Origin: Minisyncoccota bacterium | GTDB lineage: Bacteria; Patescibacteriota; Microgenomatia; UBA1400; PJMF01 | Direction: 5' to 3' | DNA length: 64,000 bases | Assembly: GCA_018657765.1 (NCBI GenBank) | Contig: JABHWM010000020.1 | Location: 18,786 to 82,785 of the forward strand | Part shown: positions 20,400 through 30,421 of the stretch, piece by piece | How positions within the stretch are numbered: position 1 is the stretch's first letter | Layout of the letters: each line of letters starts with the position of its first letter | Program-made: the position numbers and the translations under genes | The notes under the pieces: model-generated | Database searches by the model: none | Told to the model about the DNA's origin: nothing | The model's input: the letters and a program-made list of their open reading frames with translations, nothing else

Positions 20400-20996
20400 A
20401 TGAACATAAAAAATATAATAAACCAGCATAAAAATAGTAAAGAAAAATCTTGTAAACAAAATCAACAAGCTGGCTTTACTCTGATAGAACTACTCATCGT
20501 CTCGACAATTACTGTTATGGTTATGATGACCGTTACTGCAATGTTACTTACTTTTATCATTACTTCAAAAAAATCTAGCATCAAGCAAAAAGTTAATAAT
20601 GAAGGTAATAATGCTTTATCAAAAATAGAGTTCGTTTTACGGAACTCCCAAAAACTGGTGGCTGGACTGGACGGTTCTACTATCTGTAGTAATGATGCAG
20701 AAACACCTATGACAGATATTGCTATTCAAGGACTAGACGGCTATGTAACTACTCTTCAGACATATCCTTTGGAAAATGGACAAATTGCCTCATATTCTTC
20801 GGCTATTAATGATTACTACTATATAACCTCAGATGAAACAACTCTTTCAAATTTACAGTTTACTTGTCTGACAGGAGAAGAGAATTCTTACTATGTAGGA
20901 GTCTCGTTTGACCTCAAAATCGGTTCTGGACTATCAAGTGATAAAGAGACAGCTATTGAGAATTTTCAGACTGGAATAACCCTTAGAAATCATTAA
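20400..20996 (+). CDS. Minor pilin / pseudopilin (PilW/PulJ-like)
   Basis: AG|FTLIELLIV N-methylation motif. Confidence 0.85.
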   Translation: MNIKNIINQHKNSKEKSCKQNQQAGFTLIELLIVSTITVMVMMTVTAMLLTFIITSKKSSIKQKVNNEGNNALSKIEFVLRNSQKLVAGLDGSTICSNDAETPMTDIAIQGLDGYVTTLQTYPLENGQIASYSSAINDYYYITSDETTLSNLQFTCLTGEENSYYVGVSFDLKIGSGLSSDKETAIENFQTGITLRNH

Positions 20997-21017
20997 ACTT
21001 GTAAACTGCAAAAATCA

Positions 21018-21491
21018 CTAATCCCATTTACGAAAAGTCTGAACAAGCTCTACATCTTTTACACTATCATTAGTGGACCATGAAACAGTAATTTTCACTC
21101 TTATCTGTGGCTCACTCGGTACTGTTTCATCAACAACAACCTCTGCTTCTCTAAAAAACTCTTGACTGGATATAACAATTGTATCTGTAGCCTCACAAGC
21201 ACCAGCCACAAAAGCTTCTTTAGGAGCGGGGATAGTTTGAAAACAATAAGTAGTATTATCTCTCAAGGAATCTGAAAAACCTTCCCAACCCAATAAAGTT
21301 CTTTCTCTACGAAATGCCTCCATTGCTATTTGAGCTCTCTTTACTGCCTGAGACCTGTATTCTGACTCCGCATTTGTCTTCAGTGATAAAGTCAAACTAG
21401 CTACAATAGCCGTCAAAACTAAAGCCATAACACCTACAGCTACAATAATCTCGATAAGACTAGAACCTTTTTGTAATACAAATTTACTCAT
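21018..21491 (-). CDS. Minor pilin (PilV-like)
   Basis: KG|SSLIEIIVAV; C-terminal VKITVSW. Confidence 0.8.
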   Translation of the reverse strand: MSKFVLQKGSSLIEIIVAVGVMALVLTAIVASLTLSLKTNAESEYRSQAVKRAQIAMEAFRRERTLLGWEGFSDSLRDNTTYCFQTIPAPKEAFVAGACEATDTIVISSQEFFREAEVVVDETVPSEPQIRVKITVSWSTNDSVKDVELVQTFRKWD

Positions 21492-21997
21492 TACTGCCAG
21501 TCTCCTTCGCTAAACCTACCTTCTCTATAAATAGTAAAAGTAAAACTATTTGTTTCATTAGAAACATTAATAGCCTCACTAGCTGCTCCTCCAGTCAGAT
21601 CAACCCCAGCATGTAAAACATTAAAATTATAATCAATAGTAGGACTAATATTTACTCTTCTAGCAAACTCATAGGTCTCTGCAGCATCGGCTGTTCCAAT
21701 ACTACAAGTTGCTTGTAAAGAAAGCTCTGTTATTTCTCCAACTTGATAAGTCATTACTCTATAACCACTTAGCTGATCACAACCACCAAGATCACCAGAG
21801 CTAGCTTCTGCCTGAGCTCTTTGAAAAAACGTCTTTAACTCGTCTACAGAATTACTGACTTTTCTTTTATCTAGATAATTTAAAAAAGTTCCAATAATAC
21901 TACTCATTAAAATCAAACTAATAGCTACTGCCACTAACAACTCTATTAAGGTAAATCCTTGCTTTTTTTTGTTGGTAAGTTTTTTATTAATTAACAT
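21491..21997 (-). CDS. Minor pilin (FimT/PulH-like)
   Basis: QG|FTLIELLVAV; likely start is ATG 21997 rather than 22045. Confidence 0.82.
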   Translation of the reverse strand: MLINKKLTNKKKQGFTLIELLVAVAISLILMSSIIGTFLNYLDKRKVSNSVDELKTFFQRAQAEASSGDLGGCDQLSGYRVMTYQVGEITELSLQATCSIGTADAAETYEFARRVNISPTIDYNFNVLHAGVDLTGGAASEAINVSNETNSFTFTIYREGRFSEGDWQ

Positions 21998-22013
21998 CTT
22001 TTGTAAAATAAAA

Positions 22014-22415
22014 CTACGGATTCTGTACAGAATAAGCAGTGTCATCTGGTTCTAAAGCAGCCTCTAGAGTAAATCCGGATGCCTCAGTTGTATTACACGT
22101 TCCAGATGGGACATAGGTATATAAAGGATTTGCCTCACTACCCAAAGGATCAAAAGGAATTTCATTTGTATAGCCATCAATAGTAGTCAACATTGCCAAA
22201 TAAGTAACATCTGCTGGATAACAACCATTATCACTACGATACAAAACAAGCTGCTGCTGAACAGACAAAATATCTGACTTTCTTTTGGCATTACGACTAC
22301 TTTGAGTAGCCTGCCTGTAACTAACCAGAGCTATAGTTGTAAGAATAATCATGATTGTAGAAACCACAAGGATCTCGATCATTGAAAATCCATGATTGTT
22401 GTTTTTTATTTTCAT
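22014..22415 (-). CDS. Type IV pilin / PulG-like pseudopilin
   Basis: HG|FSMIEILVV; RNAKRKSD...Y..DNG.YP...P.DP pattern. Confidence 0.85.
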   Translation of the reverse strand: MKIKNNNHGFSMIEILVVSTIMIILTTIALVSYRQATQSSRNAKRKSDILSVQQQLVLYRSDNGCYPADVTYLAMLTTIDGYTNEIPFDPLGSEANPLYTYVPSGTCNTTEASGFTLEAALEPDDTAYSVQNP

Positions 22416-22453
22416 AATATGAGATTAATACTTTCTATTACTTTTCATAAACT

Positions 22454-22885
22454 TTACTGTAAGTTTGTCAAACAATAATAATCACCTGAAGTATAGTCAC
22501 AAGTAACTCCAGAAGGTGCAGAAGAATTTCCTATACTACCTTCCAAATAAGCACAGACACAATATCCGGTAGCGTCACAACCATCAGCAGTGTTATAGAT
22601 AAAACTACCAGAGTTTTTGGGATCGCTTGGCAAACCTCCAGGCATGATTGCACCAGATCCAGAGTCATAAGCCGCCATAGTACTACATGCTTCATAAGAA
22701 GTATTATCTGCTTTATATTGCTCAAAAGCATCCTGCATAGCTTTTATATCACCCCGTCTTCTACTATCTCTACCTTTTTTCTGTACCGTAATAAATGCCA
22801 CTGTTCCCAAAGCAATCAAGATTCCCATGATAGAGATCACTACCAATAGTTCTAATAGACTAAAACCTTTTTGTTTTTTTTTCAT
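22454..22885 (-). CDS. Type IV pilin / PulG-like pseudopilin
   Basis: KG|FSLLELLVV; RDSRRRGD...LPSDP. Confidence 0.87.
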   Translation of the reverse strand: MKKKQKGFSLLELLVVISIMGILIALGTVAFITVQKKGRDSRRRGDIKAMQDAFEQYKADNTSYEACSTMAAYDSGSGAIMPGGLPSDPKNSGSFIYNTADGCDATGYCVCAYLEGSIGNSSAPSGVTCDYTSGDYYCLTNLQ

Positions 22886-22939
22886 TTTATGTGCCTTTAT
22901 GGTTATTTAAACCATTTTTAATTTTTCTCGACTAGTTTT

Positions 22940-23974
22940 TTATGGACTTACTTGAACTTGTATTCTAGAAAGTCCTTCCAGGCTACTTTTTACACCCTGC
23001 TTTGTCTCTGCCTGAAGAATAACATTATAAATACACCTAGATCCACCAGTACAAGTATATGTATGTTGAACCCTGCCATTTAGATCTAGTAAATCTTCTA
23101 TTTTCCCATCACCAAAATTAATAGTTACCTTATTAACCTGATCTTCTTCTGAATTTTTTTCTGCATACTTATTCAAAATTCTTATTAATTTATCATCCCA
23201 ACGCAGTTCCATCTCAGACTCTCCAAAAATAGTTTCTTGGGCAAAGACATCTCCTTTGACATCACTAACTGTATAAATAAACTCCATAAAATCTCCAGAT
23301 TTTAGAAAAACAACTCTAGATTCAGAACTAACAGCTGGCTCAGAATTAAATGTCAAAACTACTGGTTTTTCACTACAACTAGAATAACAAGATCTAGGGC
23401 AATCAAGAGCATCTGTCTGTTGAAAGTCTTGACCAGATTGATAGGTGCTTTCACAGCAAGTATAGCCATATCCACCACAAACGGTAGCTGGACCTTCATT
23501 CAAAACCACACTTAGATCTGCATCGACTTTGCTAGAACTCACAATAACTGACTCATCTTCATAAACAATTCCAGTTCTACCAAAAATAGAAAGCTCTAGG
23601 CCATGAAGATATTGACCTTGAATAAAACCAGACTGACCTTTTCCTCTTCTTACCAAAGCTGGTAAGGTTTTCCTCTTGATAACATTACGAAGATCTTCAG
23701 AAACCTGACAAACAGATTCCAAAACATACTCTCTATCAGAAATAAAACGAAGCTGATTTCTTACCAAAATGCCATCATCAGTAAAAGCACCACCATACTC
23801 CAAGCAATCTTTGACAAGGTCGTGAGGAGTCTGAAGCTTAGAAAGGTATCGGACATCACTTTTGAGCTGTCTTAGCCCTGTAGAAAGAAGAATCTCCCGA
23901 CTAATAAAACCTCCTAGAAAAAAGAGAATAAATATAAAGAAAGTGGCAGTAAAAAATATCTTTAGAACTCGCAT
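22940..23974 (-). CDS. Membrane-anchored protein with Cys cluster and C-terminal PKD-like domain
   Basis: N-terminal TM; CGGYGYTCC...CPRSCYSSC; INFGDG...VQHTY. Confidence 0.7.
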   Translation of the reverse strand: MRVLKIFFTATFFIFILFFLGGFISREILLSTGLRQLKSDVRYLSKLQTPHDLVKDCLEYGGAFTDDGILVRNQLRFISDREYVLESVCQVSEDLRNVIKRKTLPALVRRGKGQSGFIQGQYLHGLELSIFGRTGIVYEDESVIVSSSKVDADLSVVLNEGPATVCGGYGYTCCESTYQSGQDFQQTDALDCPRSCYSSCSEKPVVLTFNSEPAVSSESRVVFLKSGDFMEFIYTVSDVKGDVFAQETIFGESEMELRWDDKLIRILNKYAEKNSEEDQVNKVTINFGDGKIEDLLDLNGRVQHTYTCTGGSRCIYNVILQAETKQGVKSSLEGLSRIQVQVSP

Positions 23975-23989
23975 AAATTAGCCAGTAAA

Positions 23990-24808
23990 TCAGCTAACTA
24001 ATATCTTGACATATTCTGCCCAAACTGCATATCCCCAGACTAAACTAAGACCTGTAGAAAGCAGGAGAAATGGACCAAAAGGCAGAGTTTGTCCAAACTT
24101 TTTTTTCTTTATTAAAATCAAAAATACTCCTACCAAAGCCCCTATTACAAATGATCCAAAAATAGCGACTAAAATTCTTTGCCATGATCCAAGTAAAAGC
24201 CCCAACGGTATAGCCAGTTTTACATCTCCAAAACCAAACCCTTTGCCTTTAGTAAAAAACCACAAGGAAAAAAAGAAACTTACTAGACAAAAAGTCCATA
24301 ACAAACTAAATCCAAAATCTCTAAACTGCATCTCACCTTTATAGAGTAGGGCGAACCTATAAGCCAAAGTTCCTATTGTAAGAAGAGCAACCGTCCAATC
24401 AGGAATAATCATATACTTGAGGTCTGTAATAAAAATAACCACAAAAATAACTGCAACAAATAACCAAAAGGCTGGTTGCACATAGAGTAGAGGAGCGGCA
24501 GTGATCTTGAAAAAAACAAACCCTGCAAAGTACCACCATAAAAATAAAATACCAGTCATTCCCTCTACCAGAGGATGAACAAGACCTATTTTTGCCTGAC
24601 ATTTGGAACATTTTCCCTTCAGAAATAAATAGGAAAACAAAGGAATATTTTCATACCATGGGATCTTCTTTTTACAGTGTTCACAAACAGAACGAGCTCG
24701 TACCCAATCCTGACCACGCATAGATCTATAAATCAAGACATTTAGAAAACTACCAACAGCAGTTCCAAAGAAAAAAACTAGAATACCCATGATCTCAAAA
24801 AAGTTCAT
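23990..24808 (-). CDS. pilD: Prepilin peptidase
   Basis: GSFLNVLIYR, two CxxC pairs, GFGDVKL, PFGPFL. Confidence 0.95.
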   Translation of the reverse strand: MNFFEIMGILVFFFGTAVGSFLNVLIYRSMRGQDWVRARSVCEHCKKKIPWYENIPLFSYLFLKGKCSKCQAKIGLVHPLVEGMTGILFLWWYFAGFVFFKITAAPLLYVQPAFWLFVAVIFVVIFITDLKYMIIPDWTVALLTIGTLAYRFALLYKGEMQFRDFGFSLLWTFCLVSFFFSLWFFTKGKGFGFGDVKLAIPLGLLLGSWQRILVAIFGSFVIGALVGVFLILIKKKKFGQTLPFGPFLLLSTGLSLVWGYAVWAEYVKILVS

Positions 24809-24901
24809 GTCTTTGAGTATACATGGTTGAGATTATGGGTGGTATTTAAAAATATTTTTTGTGAGACAAGAATAAAACTGTAAAAATAAGAAATAAGCAG
24901 T

Positions 24902-24930
24902 AAAAAAGCGGCCATGATGACCGCTTTTTT
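24902..24930. terminator. Bidirectional intrinsic terminator downstream of the Flp-like gene
   Basis: AAAAAAGCGG-N9-CCGCTTTTTT. Confidence 0.75.
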
Positions 24931-24961
24931 GTTCTTTAAATTTACCTCCCTAGAATAAAGT

Positions 24962-25150
24962 TTAAAAGGATAATGCATTTTCCATTATCCAAATAAAATA
25001 ATCCGCCAAATAGTTCATCCATCCTAAGATGGACAAACCTGTTTCGATTTTAATAAAGTAACTAATCCCAGAAAGGATTATTACTAAAACTAAAATCATC
25101 AAAGCCGACTCTACGAGCCCTTGACCTTTCTCTTTTTCACTAAATAGCAT
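24962..25150 (-). CDS. Flp/Tad (type IVb/c)-like small pilin, 62 aa
   Basis: MLFSEKEKG|QGLVESALMILVL; GGAG Shine-Dalgarno before ATG 25150. Confidence 0.7.
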   Translation of the reverse strand: MLFSEKEKGQGLVESALMILVLVIILSGISYFIKIETGLSILGWMNYLADYFIWIMENALSF

Positions 25151-25404
25151 TTTTCTCTCCAATAATTTCAAGTTATCTTTTTAAAGATAAAGTTTAGTTT
25201 TACGAGCTTGAAACAACAATTCAGGATTTAATCTAGAATCACTCTTTCAAGCCCATATCTCTATTAAAATTACAAGAAAAATAGGGTAGAGGTGCTAAAA
25301 AACTTTATTTAAATTTATCTACTGAATATTTACTGCATTAGTAAAATCCAATATCAAAAAAATTAAATTTAGCTTATAGCATTTAATTTTGAAAGAACTC
25401 AATC

Positions 25405-25433
25405 ATTATATATTAAAAGTTATAGGATGTCAA
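25405..25433 (-). promoter_or_regulatory. Perfect consensus sigma70 promoter upstream of the Flp-like gene
   Basis: Minus strand TTGACA-17 nt-TATAAT. Confidence 0.75.
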
Positions 25434-25531
25434 TCTTGGCTAAAATAAATACAAAAAAACTGCCCACACCCCTAAAGGGGTTTATCTCACAATAAACTGA
25501 CAAACAACTTAATAATCACTTCAACCCCAAC

Positions 25532-25559
25532 AAAAACTCCCCTGTAAAAACAGGGGAGT
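25532..25559 (-). terminator. Intrinsic terminator of the major pilin gene
   Basis: Minus strand ACTCCCCTG-loop-CAGGGGAGT followed by a T-tract. Confidence 0.75.
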
Positions 25560-25588
25560 AGTATCTTCAATAATTATTTTTTACAAAA

Positions 25589-26221
25589 TTATGGGAGACA
25601 GACACAGTTACCAATAGCACCACATTGAGCAGTGTTACCGATAGCACTAGCAGCTGGATAATCAGCTGGATAGTTATCTAGAGTATCATCTCCATCTGGA
25701 TCAAGTCTTGTATCTACCTCTTGCACAAAAGCATTTGATTTTGGTGCAAAACAAGCATAAGTACTAGCTCCTTGAGTCCCAGAATTATAAAGATAGAGGT
25801 AATTATAAGTTGTCTGAGAAACTCTTTCCAAGAAACTTTGTTTCAACTCATCAGCTCCAGTACAACCTACAGTAGAAGCTGTTCCTATTTTTTCTGCAAT
25901 AGGACAAGTACCACCACTATCTGTTAAAGTACTATCTTCAAAATGGACCCATGCTAAACCAACATTTCCAGAATCAGAAGCCCCTACTTGCCATGGATAA
26001 AATCCATTAAATGCATAGTAACGATCGATAGCACTAATCAATTGTTCTGCATCAGATCTGTTTCCAGTATCTCTACCTCTGTTGATCTGCTCAATAGGAT
26101 TAATGGCTGCCAAAACTGCCACTGCCAAAATTCCTAAAATACCGATAACAATCAGTAGTTCAATCATCGTAAAACCAGCTTGCTGTTTTATTTGATTTAA
26201 AAGTGAAAATATCTTTTTCAT
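25589..26221 (-). CDS. Probable major type IVa pilin
   Basis: AG|FTMIELLIVIGILGILA...AINP; strong SD (AAGGA) and its own terminator; follows pilC. Confidence 0.85.
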   Translation of the reverse strand: MKKIFSLLNQIKQQAGFTMIELLIVIGILGILAVAVLAAINPIEQINRGRDTGNRSDAEQLISAIDRYYAFNGFYPWQVGASDSGNVGLAWVHFEDSTLTDSGGTCPIAEKIGTASTVGCTGADELKQSFLERVSQTTYNYLYLYNSGTQGASTYACFAPKSNAFVQEVDTRLDPDGDDTLDNYPADYPAASAIGNTAQCGAIGNCVCLP

Positions 26222-26323
26222 ATTATCTAAATTCCTTTCTTTAATTTCAATATCTACTATAAACTATTTCTTGACAGTAATACAAGGGTGTTCCAGTCCA
26301 AAACAACTATTTTAATAAAAAAA

Positions 26324-27526
26324 CTAAAACTGACTGGTCAAACTGTATATTGGCATAATAATAGCAATCACCATTGCCCCAACACCTATTCCTAGTACTA
26401 CCATAATTAATGGCTCCATAGCAGAGGTAAGATTCTTGACTGCTTGCTCACTTTCAGATTCAAAATACTTTGAGAGCTTTAATAAAACTTCATCTAGTTT
26501 TCCAGTTTCTTCACCTACCGCAAGCATTTGATGTAAAATTCCTGGAAATAAGCTAAATACAGAAACTGCTCCAGACAAAGAAACACCTTTCTCTACTTTT
26601 TTACTAATACTTTGCATTGCCTCTCGATACAAAATACTATCCATAGACTCAGTCACGATCATCAAAGCATTCAATAAAGGAACTCCAGAATTCAATAGAA
26701 GAGATAATGTTCTAGCAAAACTAGTCAAAATTATTTTCTGCCTTAGGGTTCCAATAATAGGTACTTTAAACAAAAATCCATCTATTTTTCTTTGACCAAT
26801 TTTTGTTTTGTTCCAACTTCGAAGTCCAGAAACTCCGCCACCAATAATAGAAAGAATTAACCACCAATACTTCGCCATAAAGTTGGCTACAGACATCAAA
26901 ATCAGAGTAGGGAGTGGTAGCTCAGCCCCAAAATCTTTATACATATCAGTGAGTTTCGGAATAACAAAAATCATCATCACAAAACCAACAACCAACATAG
27001 CGATAAAAACAATTATAGGGTAAATCATGGCCCCTTTTGTTTTTGCCTTAAACTCTTTATCTTTCTCTAAATTTTCAGCTAATTTATCCAATACTTTATC
27101 CAAAACACCACCCAATTCACCAGCTTTTACCAACTGAATATAGGTACGATCAAAAACATCGGATTGCTTTGCCAGAGATTTGGCAAAGGTAGATCCACCT
27201 TCTACTTCTCGCAGTAGAGAACTTACAACTTCTTTCATTGCTGGATTATCTTGTTCTTTGAGAATATTTAACCCTGTAGCCAAGGGTAGACCAGCATCAA
27301 TCATGGTTGATAACTGTCTAGTAAAGTTAACTAGATCTTCATGTTTTACTTTATTTAGAGCACCAGACAGAACAGAAAGCCCAGAACCACTTAAAAGAGA
27401 AATATCTATTACCAATAATTTTCTACTAATTAAAACACCCGCAGCTTGACTCTTATCTTGAGCTTCGACTTTACCTTTTACGGTTTCACCGTGAGGATTT
27501 TTGGCTGTATAAGAAAAAATAGCCAT
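26324..27526 (-). CDS. pilC: Type IV pilus platform protein PilC (GspF family)
   Basis: FTRQLSTMIDAGLPL, GELGGVLD, MIYP, GEETGKLD, EP motifs. Confidence 0.94.
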   Translation of the reverse strand: MAIFSYTAKNPHGETVKGKVEAQDKSQAAGVLISRKLLVIDISLLSGSGLSVLSGALNKVKHEDLVNFTRQLSTMIDAGLPLATGLNILKEQDNPAMKEVVSSLLREVEGGSTFAKSLAKQSDVFDRTYIQLVKAGELGGVLDKVLDKLAENLEKDKEFKAKTKGAMIYPIIVFIAMLVVGFVMMIFVIPKLTDMYKDFGAELPLPTLILMSVANFMAKYWWLILSIIGGGVSGLRSWNKTKIGQRKIDGFLFKVPIIGTLRQKIILTSFARTLSLLLNSGVPLLNALMIVTESMDSILYREAMQSISKKVEKGVSLSGAVSVFSLFPGILHQMLAVGEETGKLDEVLLKLSKYFESESEQAVKNLTSAMEPLIMVVLGIGVGAMVIAIIMPIYSLTSQF

Positions 27527-27533
27527 AAACTTA

Positions 27534-28610
27534 TTACTCTCCGATAAGTCTTAATAATTCAGCTGGACGGAATGCTTTCCTTAGAGCTGCCTCTTTAGAA
27601 ATAACTCCTTGTTGAATAAGCTGAGATAAATGCATCTCAAAAAGCATCATTCCATCTTGAGATGAAGTCTGGATAACTCCATCTAACTGATGAGTTTTAC
27701 CTTCACGAATCATACTTCTCACAGCAGAAGTTGCTAACATTATCTCAAAGGCTGCAAAGAGATTCCCATCAATCTTGGGTACTAACCGCTGAGAAACAAT
27801 AGCTTGTAAAGTTCCAGCCAACTGCATTCTAATTTGTGACTGCTGATGAGCTGGAAAAACGTCAACAATACGATCAATAGTCTGAGCAGCTGTTGCGGTA
27901 TGAAGAGTAGCTAGAACTAAATGTCCTGTCTCTGCCAAAGTAATGGCCGCAGCAATTGTCTCGAAGTCACGCATTTCACCAACCAAAACAACATCTGGAT
28001 CTTCTCTTAAAGCAGAACGTAAAGCCATCTCCCAAGAATTAGTATCTCTACTCACTTCACGTTGAGAAACAATACTTTTATCAGATTCATAAACAAACTC
28101 AACTGGATCTTCAATAGTCAGAATATGTTCTGCTCTAGTTTTGTTAACTTCATCAATCATAGCTGCAAGAGAAGTTGATTTTCCTTCCCCGGTGGGCCCA
28201 GTAATCAAAATCAACCCTTGAGAATATTGAGTAAACTGATGAAATATATGAGGCAGACCCAACTCATCAATGCTTTTTATTTTGGATGGAATAAACCTCA
28301 GTGCTGCAGATAAATTACCTTTTTCATGATAAACATTAACCCTGAATCTAGAACCATCTGCATGTTGATAACTAAAATCAAGCTCCTTATTTGCAACTAC
28401 ATAATCCCGTTGTTCTTGACTCATCAAAGAACCAATTATTTTATTTGATTCTTCTACAGAAAGCGGAGGTAGATTCTGCACAGGATAAAGTTTTCCCTGA
28501 ACACGGATTGTTGGTACAACACTAACCAATAGATGAAGATCAGAACCTCCCTGAGAAACAAGAAGATCTAGAAGAGCCTTCATAGTCTGATTTTGTGATA
28601 CTGTCTGCAT
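27534..28610 (-). CDS. pilT: Pilus retraction ATPase PilT
   Basis: GPTGEGKST, TIEDPVE, ALREDPDVVLVGEMRD, AVRSMIRE (AIRNLIRE-like). Confidence 0.95.
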   Translation of the reverse strand: MQTVSQNQTMKALLDLLVSQGGSDLHLLVSVVPTIRVQGKLYPVQNLPPLSVEESNKIIGSLMSQEQRDYVVANKELDFSYQHADGSRFRVNVYHEKGNLSAALRFIPSKIKSIDELGLPHIFHQFTQYSQGLILITGPTGEGKSTSLAAMIDEVNKTRAEHILTIEDPVEFVYESDKSIVSQREVSRDTNSWEMALRSALREDPDVVLVGEMRDFETIAAAITLAETGHLVLATLHTATAAQTIDRIVDVFPAHQQSQIRMQLAGTLQAIVSQRLVPKIDGNLFAAFEIMLATSAVRSMIREGKTHQLDGVIQTSSQDGMMLFEMHLSQLIQQGVISKEAALRKAFRPAELLRLIGE

Positions 28611-28625
28611 ATATTCAATATACCT

Positions 28626-30398
28626 TTATACCTCGGCTACCCTCAATACTTCTTCTATTGTGGTCATTCCTTCTAAAGATTTTATATAACCATCTTGTTT
28701 CATTAATAACATTCCATTTTCCAGAGCTACTTTCTCTATATCTGTATCTGGCTTTTTCTCAATAATCATGTGACTAATTTTTTCTGTTATTGGTAAGACT
28801 TCAAAAATACCAATTCTTCCTATGTAGTCAGGTTCTGTAGCTGGTCTATCTTTACTTGGTTTATACAGAACCATTTTTTCAGGATCCTTTTTATTTGCCA
28901 AACACCATTGGTTATATCTTTCTCCCAAAACAGCTTTGATATCATCAATAACTGCCTGATCTGGAATGTATTCTTCCTTGTATTCTGGATTAATTTTTCT
29001 TACAACCCGCTGAGCCATAACTAGAGTAATCGTAGAAGAAAGTAAAAATGATTCAGCGCCCATATCCATTAATCTGGGAATAGCTCCAGCTGCAGAATTC
29101 GTATGTAGAGTAGAGAAGACTAAGTGACCAGTCAGGGAAGCCTGAATAGCAAGATCTGCAGTCTCGGTATCACGAACCTCTCCAACCATAATAATATCTG
29201 GATCTTGTCGAAGGAAAGAACGCATTCCATTGGCAAAAGTCAGACCAGCCTGAGAATTAACCTGCACCTGGCTTATTCCAGTCATCTGGTACTCAACAGG
29301 ATCTTCAATAGTCATGATATTTACTTTAGGAGTATTTATTTCATGAAGCACAGAGTAGAGAGTAGTGGTCTTACCAGATCCAGTTGGACCAGTAACTAAG
29401 ACAATCCCTCTAGGAATTCGCATTGCTTCATTGAGATTTTTTAAACCTAAACCAGAAATACCCAGCTCCTCTAAAGAGGGCACCACAGTATTTTTTTCCA
29501 AAAGACGCATCACAACTTTTTCTCCATGAATAGTTGGTAGTGTAGAAACACGTAAATCAATCTCTTTGGAATCAGCAACATAATTAAACCGTCCATCTTG
29601 AGGAACTCTTCTTTCATCAATCTTGAGATTTGCAATAATCTTGATACGAGAAATAACTGAATCATGAACACTCCTAGGTAAGATTAGTTTTTCTGTCAAA
29701 ATACCATCAATACGATAACGAATTCTTGTTCTACCCAGTTGTGGTTCAATATGAACATCAGAAGCACGAGCTTTTATAGCAAATTCAAGAATCGTCTCTA
29801 CAATTCTATTTACAGGAGCATCTCGTACTACTTCAGAACGTAAAGAAGCTGTCTGTTTCTTTACAACCTGATCTGAGGAGTTACTATTTTGTTCTAGAGC
29901 TTGATCTACTTCTGAAGAAATATCTTCTGAATATCTATCACTCAAAGCTATTTCAAGCTGAGAGGGAACAGCTGCATAAACTTCTATTTTGTAACCAGTC
30001 TTTTGTTTTAAGAAACTAATAGCATCTAGATCCAAAGGATCTTTCATAGCTACTTTGAGTATTTTTGCAGATTTATCATAAGAGAAAGGAAGAACCTCAT
30101 ATCTCTTTGCAACACTTTCTCCAACGAGCATTAATGCCTCTGGCAAAATACTTGTTTCTGAAATATTAATAAAAGGAATCTTATTAAACTCAGCTTTTAC
30201 CTGAGTGAGTTCTACTTCTGAGATCCATTTCTTCTCTAAAAGTAAGTCCTCATAAGAAGTGCTTGTCTGCAATTGCTCGTTTCGCAACTGTCCTACTTGA
30301 GCTTCAGTCAACTTTTTATTTTGAATTAGTACATCCAAAAAATGCTGTGGAGTAACAGCAATAGAAGCCAGTTTTGTAGATTGGGCAGTATCAGACAT
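28626..30398 (-). CDS. pilB: Pilus extension ATPase PilB (GspE family)
   Basis: ASDVHIEP, GPTGSGKTT, LRQDPDIIMVGEVRD; likely start ATG 30398. Confidence 0.94.
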   Translation of the reverse strand: MSDTAQSTKLASIAVTPQHFLDVLIQNKKLTEAQVGQLRNEQLQTSTSYEDLLLEKKWISEVELTQVKAEFNKIPFINISETSILPEALMLVGESVAKRYEVLPFSYDKSAKILKVAMKDPLDLDAISFLKQKTGYKIEVYAAVPSQLEIALSDRYSEDISSEVDQALEQNSNSSDQVVKKQTASLRSEVVRDAPVNRIVETILEFAIKARASDVHIEPQLGRTRIRYRIDGILTEKLILPRSVHDSVISRIKIIANLKIDERRVPQDGRFNYVADSKEIDLRVSTLPTIHGEKVVMRLLEKNTVVPSLEELGISGLGLKNLNEAMRIPRGIVLVTGPTGSGKTTTLYSVLHEINTPKVNIMTIEDPVEYQMTGISQVQVNSQAGLTFANGMRSFLRQDPDIIMVGEVRDTETADLAIQASLTGHLVFSTLHTNSAAGAIPRLMDMGAESFLLSSTITLVMAQRVVRKINPEYKEEYIPDQAVIDDIKAVLGERYNQWCLANKKDPEKMVLYKPSKDRPATEPDYIGRIGIFEVLPITEKISHMIIEKKPDTDIEKVALENGMLLMKQDGYIKSLEGMTTIEEVLRVAEV

Positions 30399-30421
30399 AA
30401 TTCTTAACATATAATGACACA

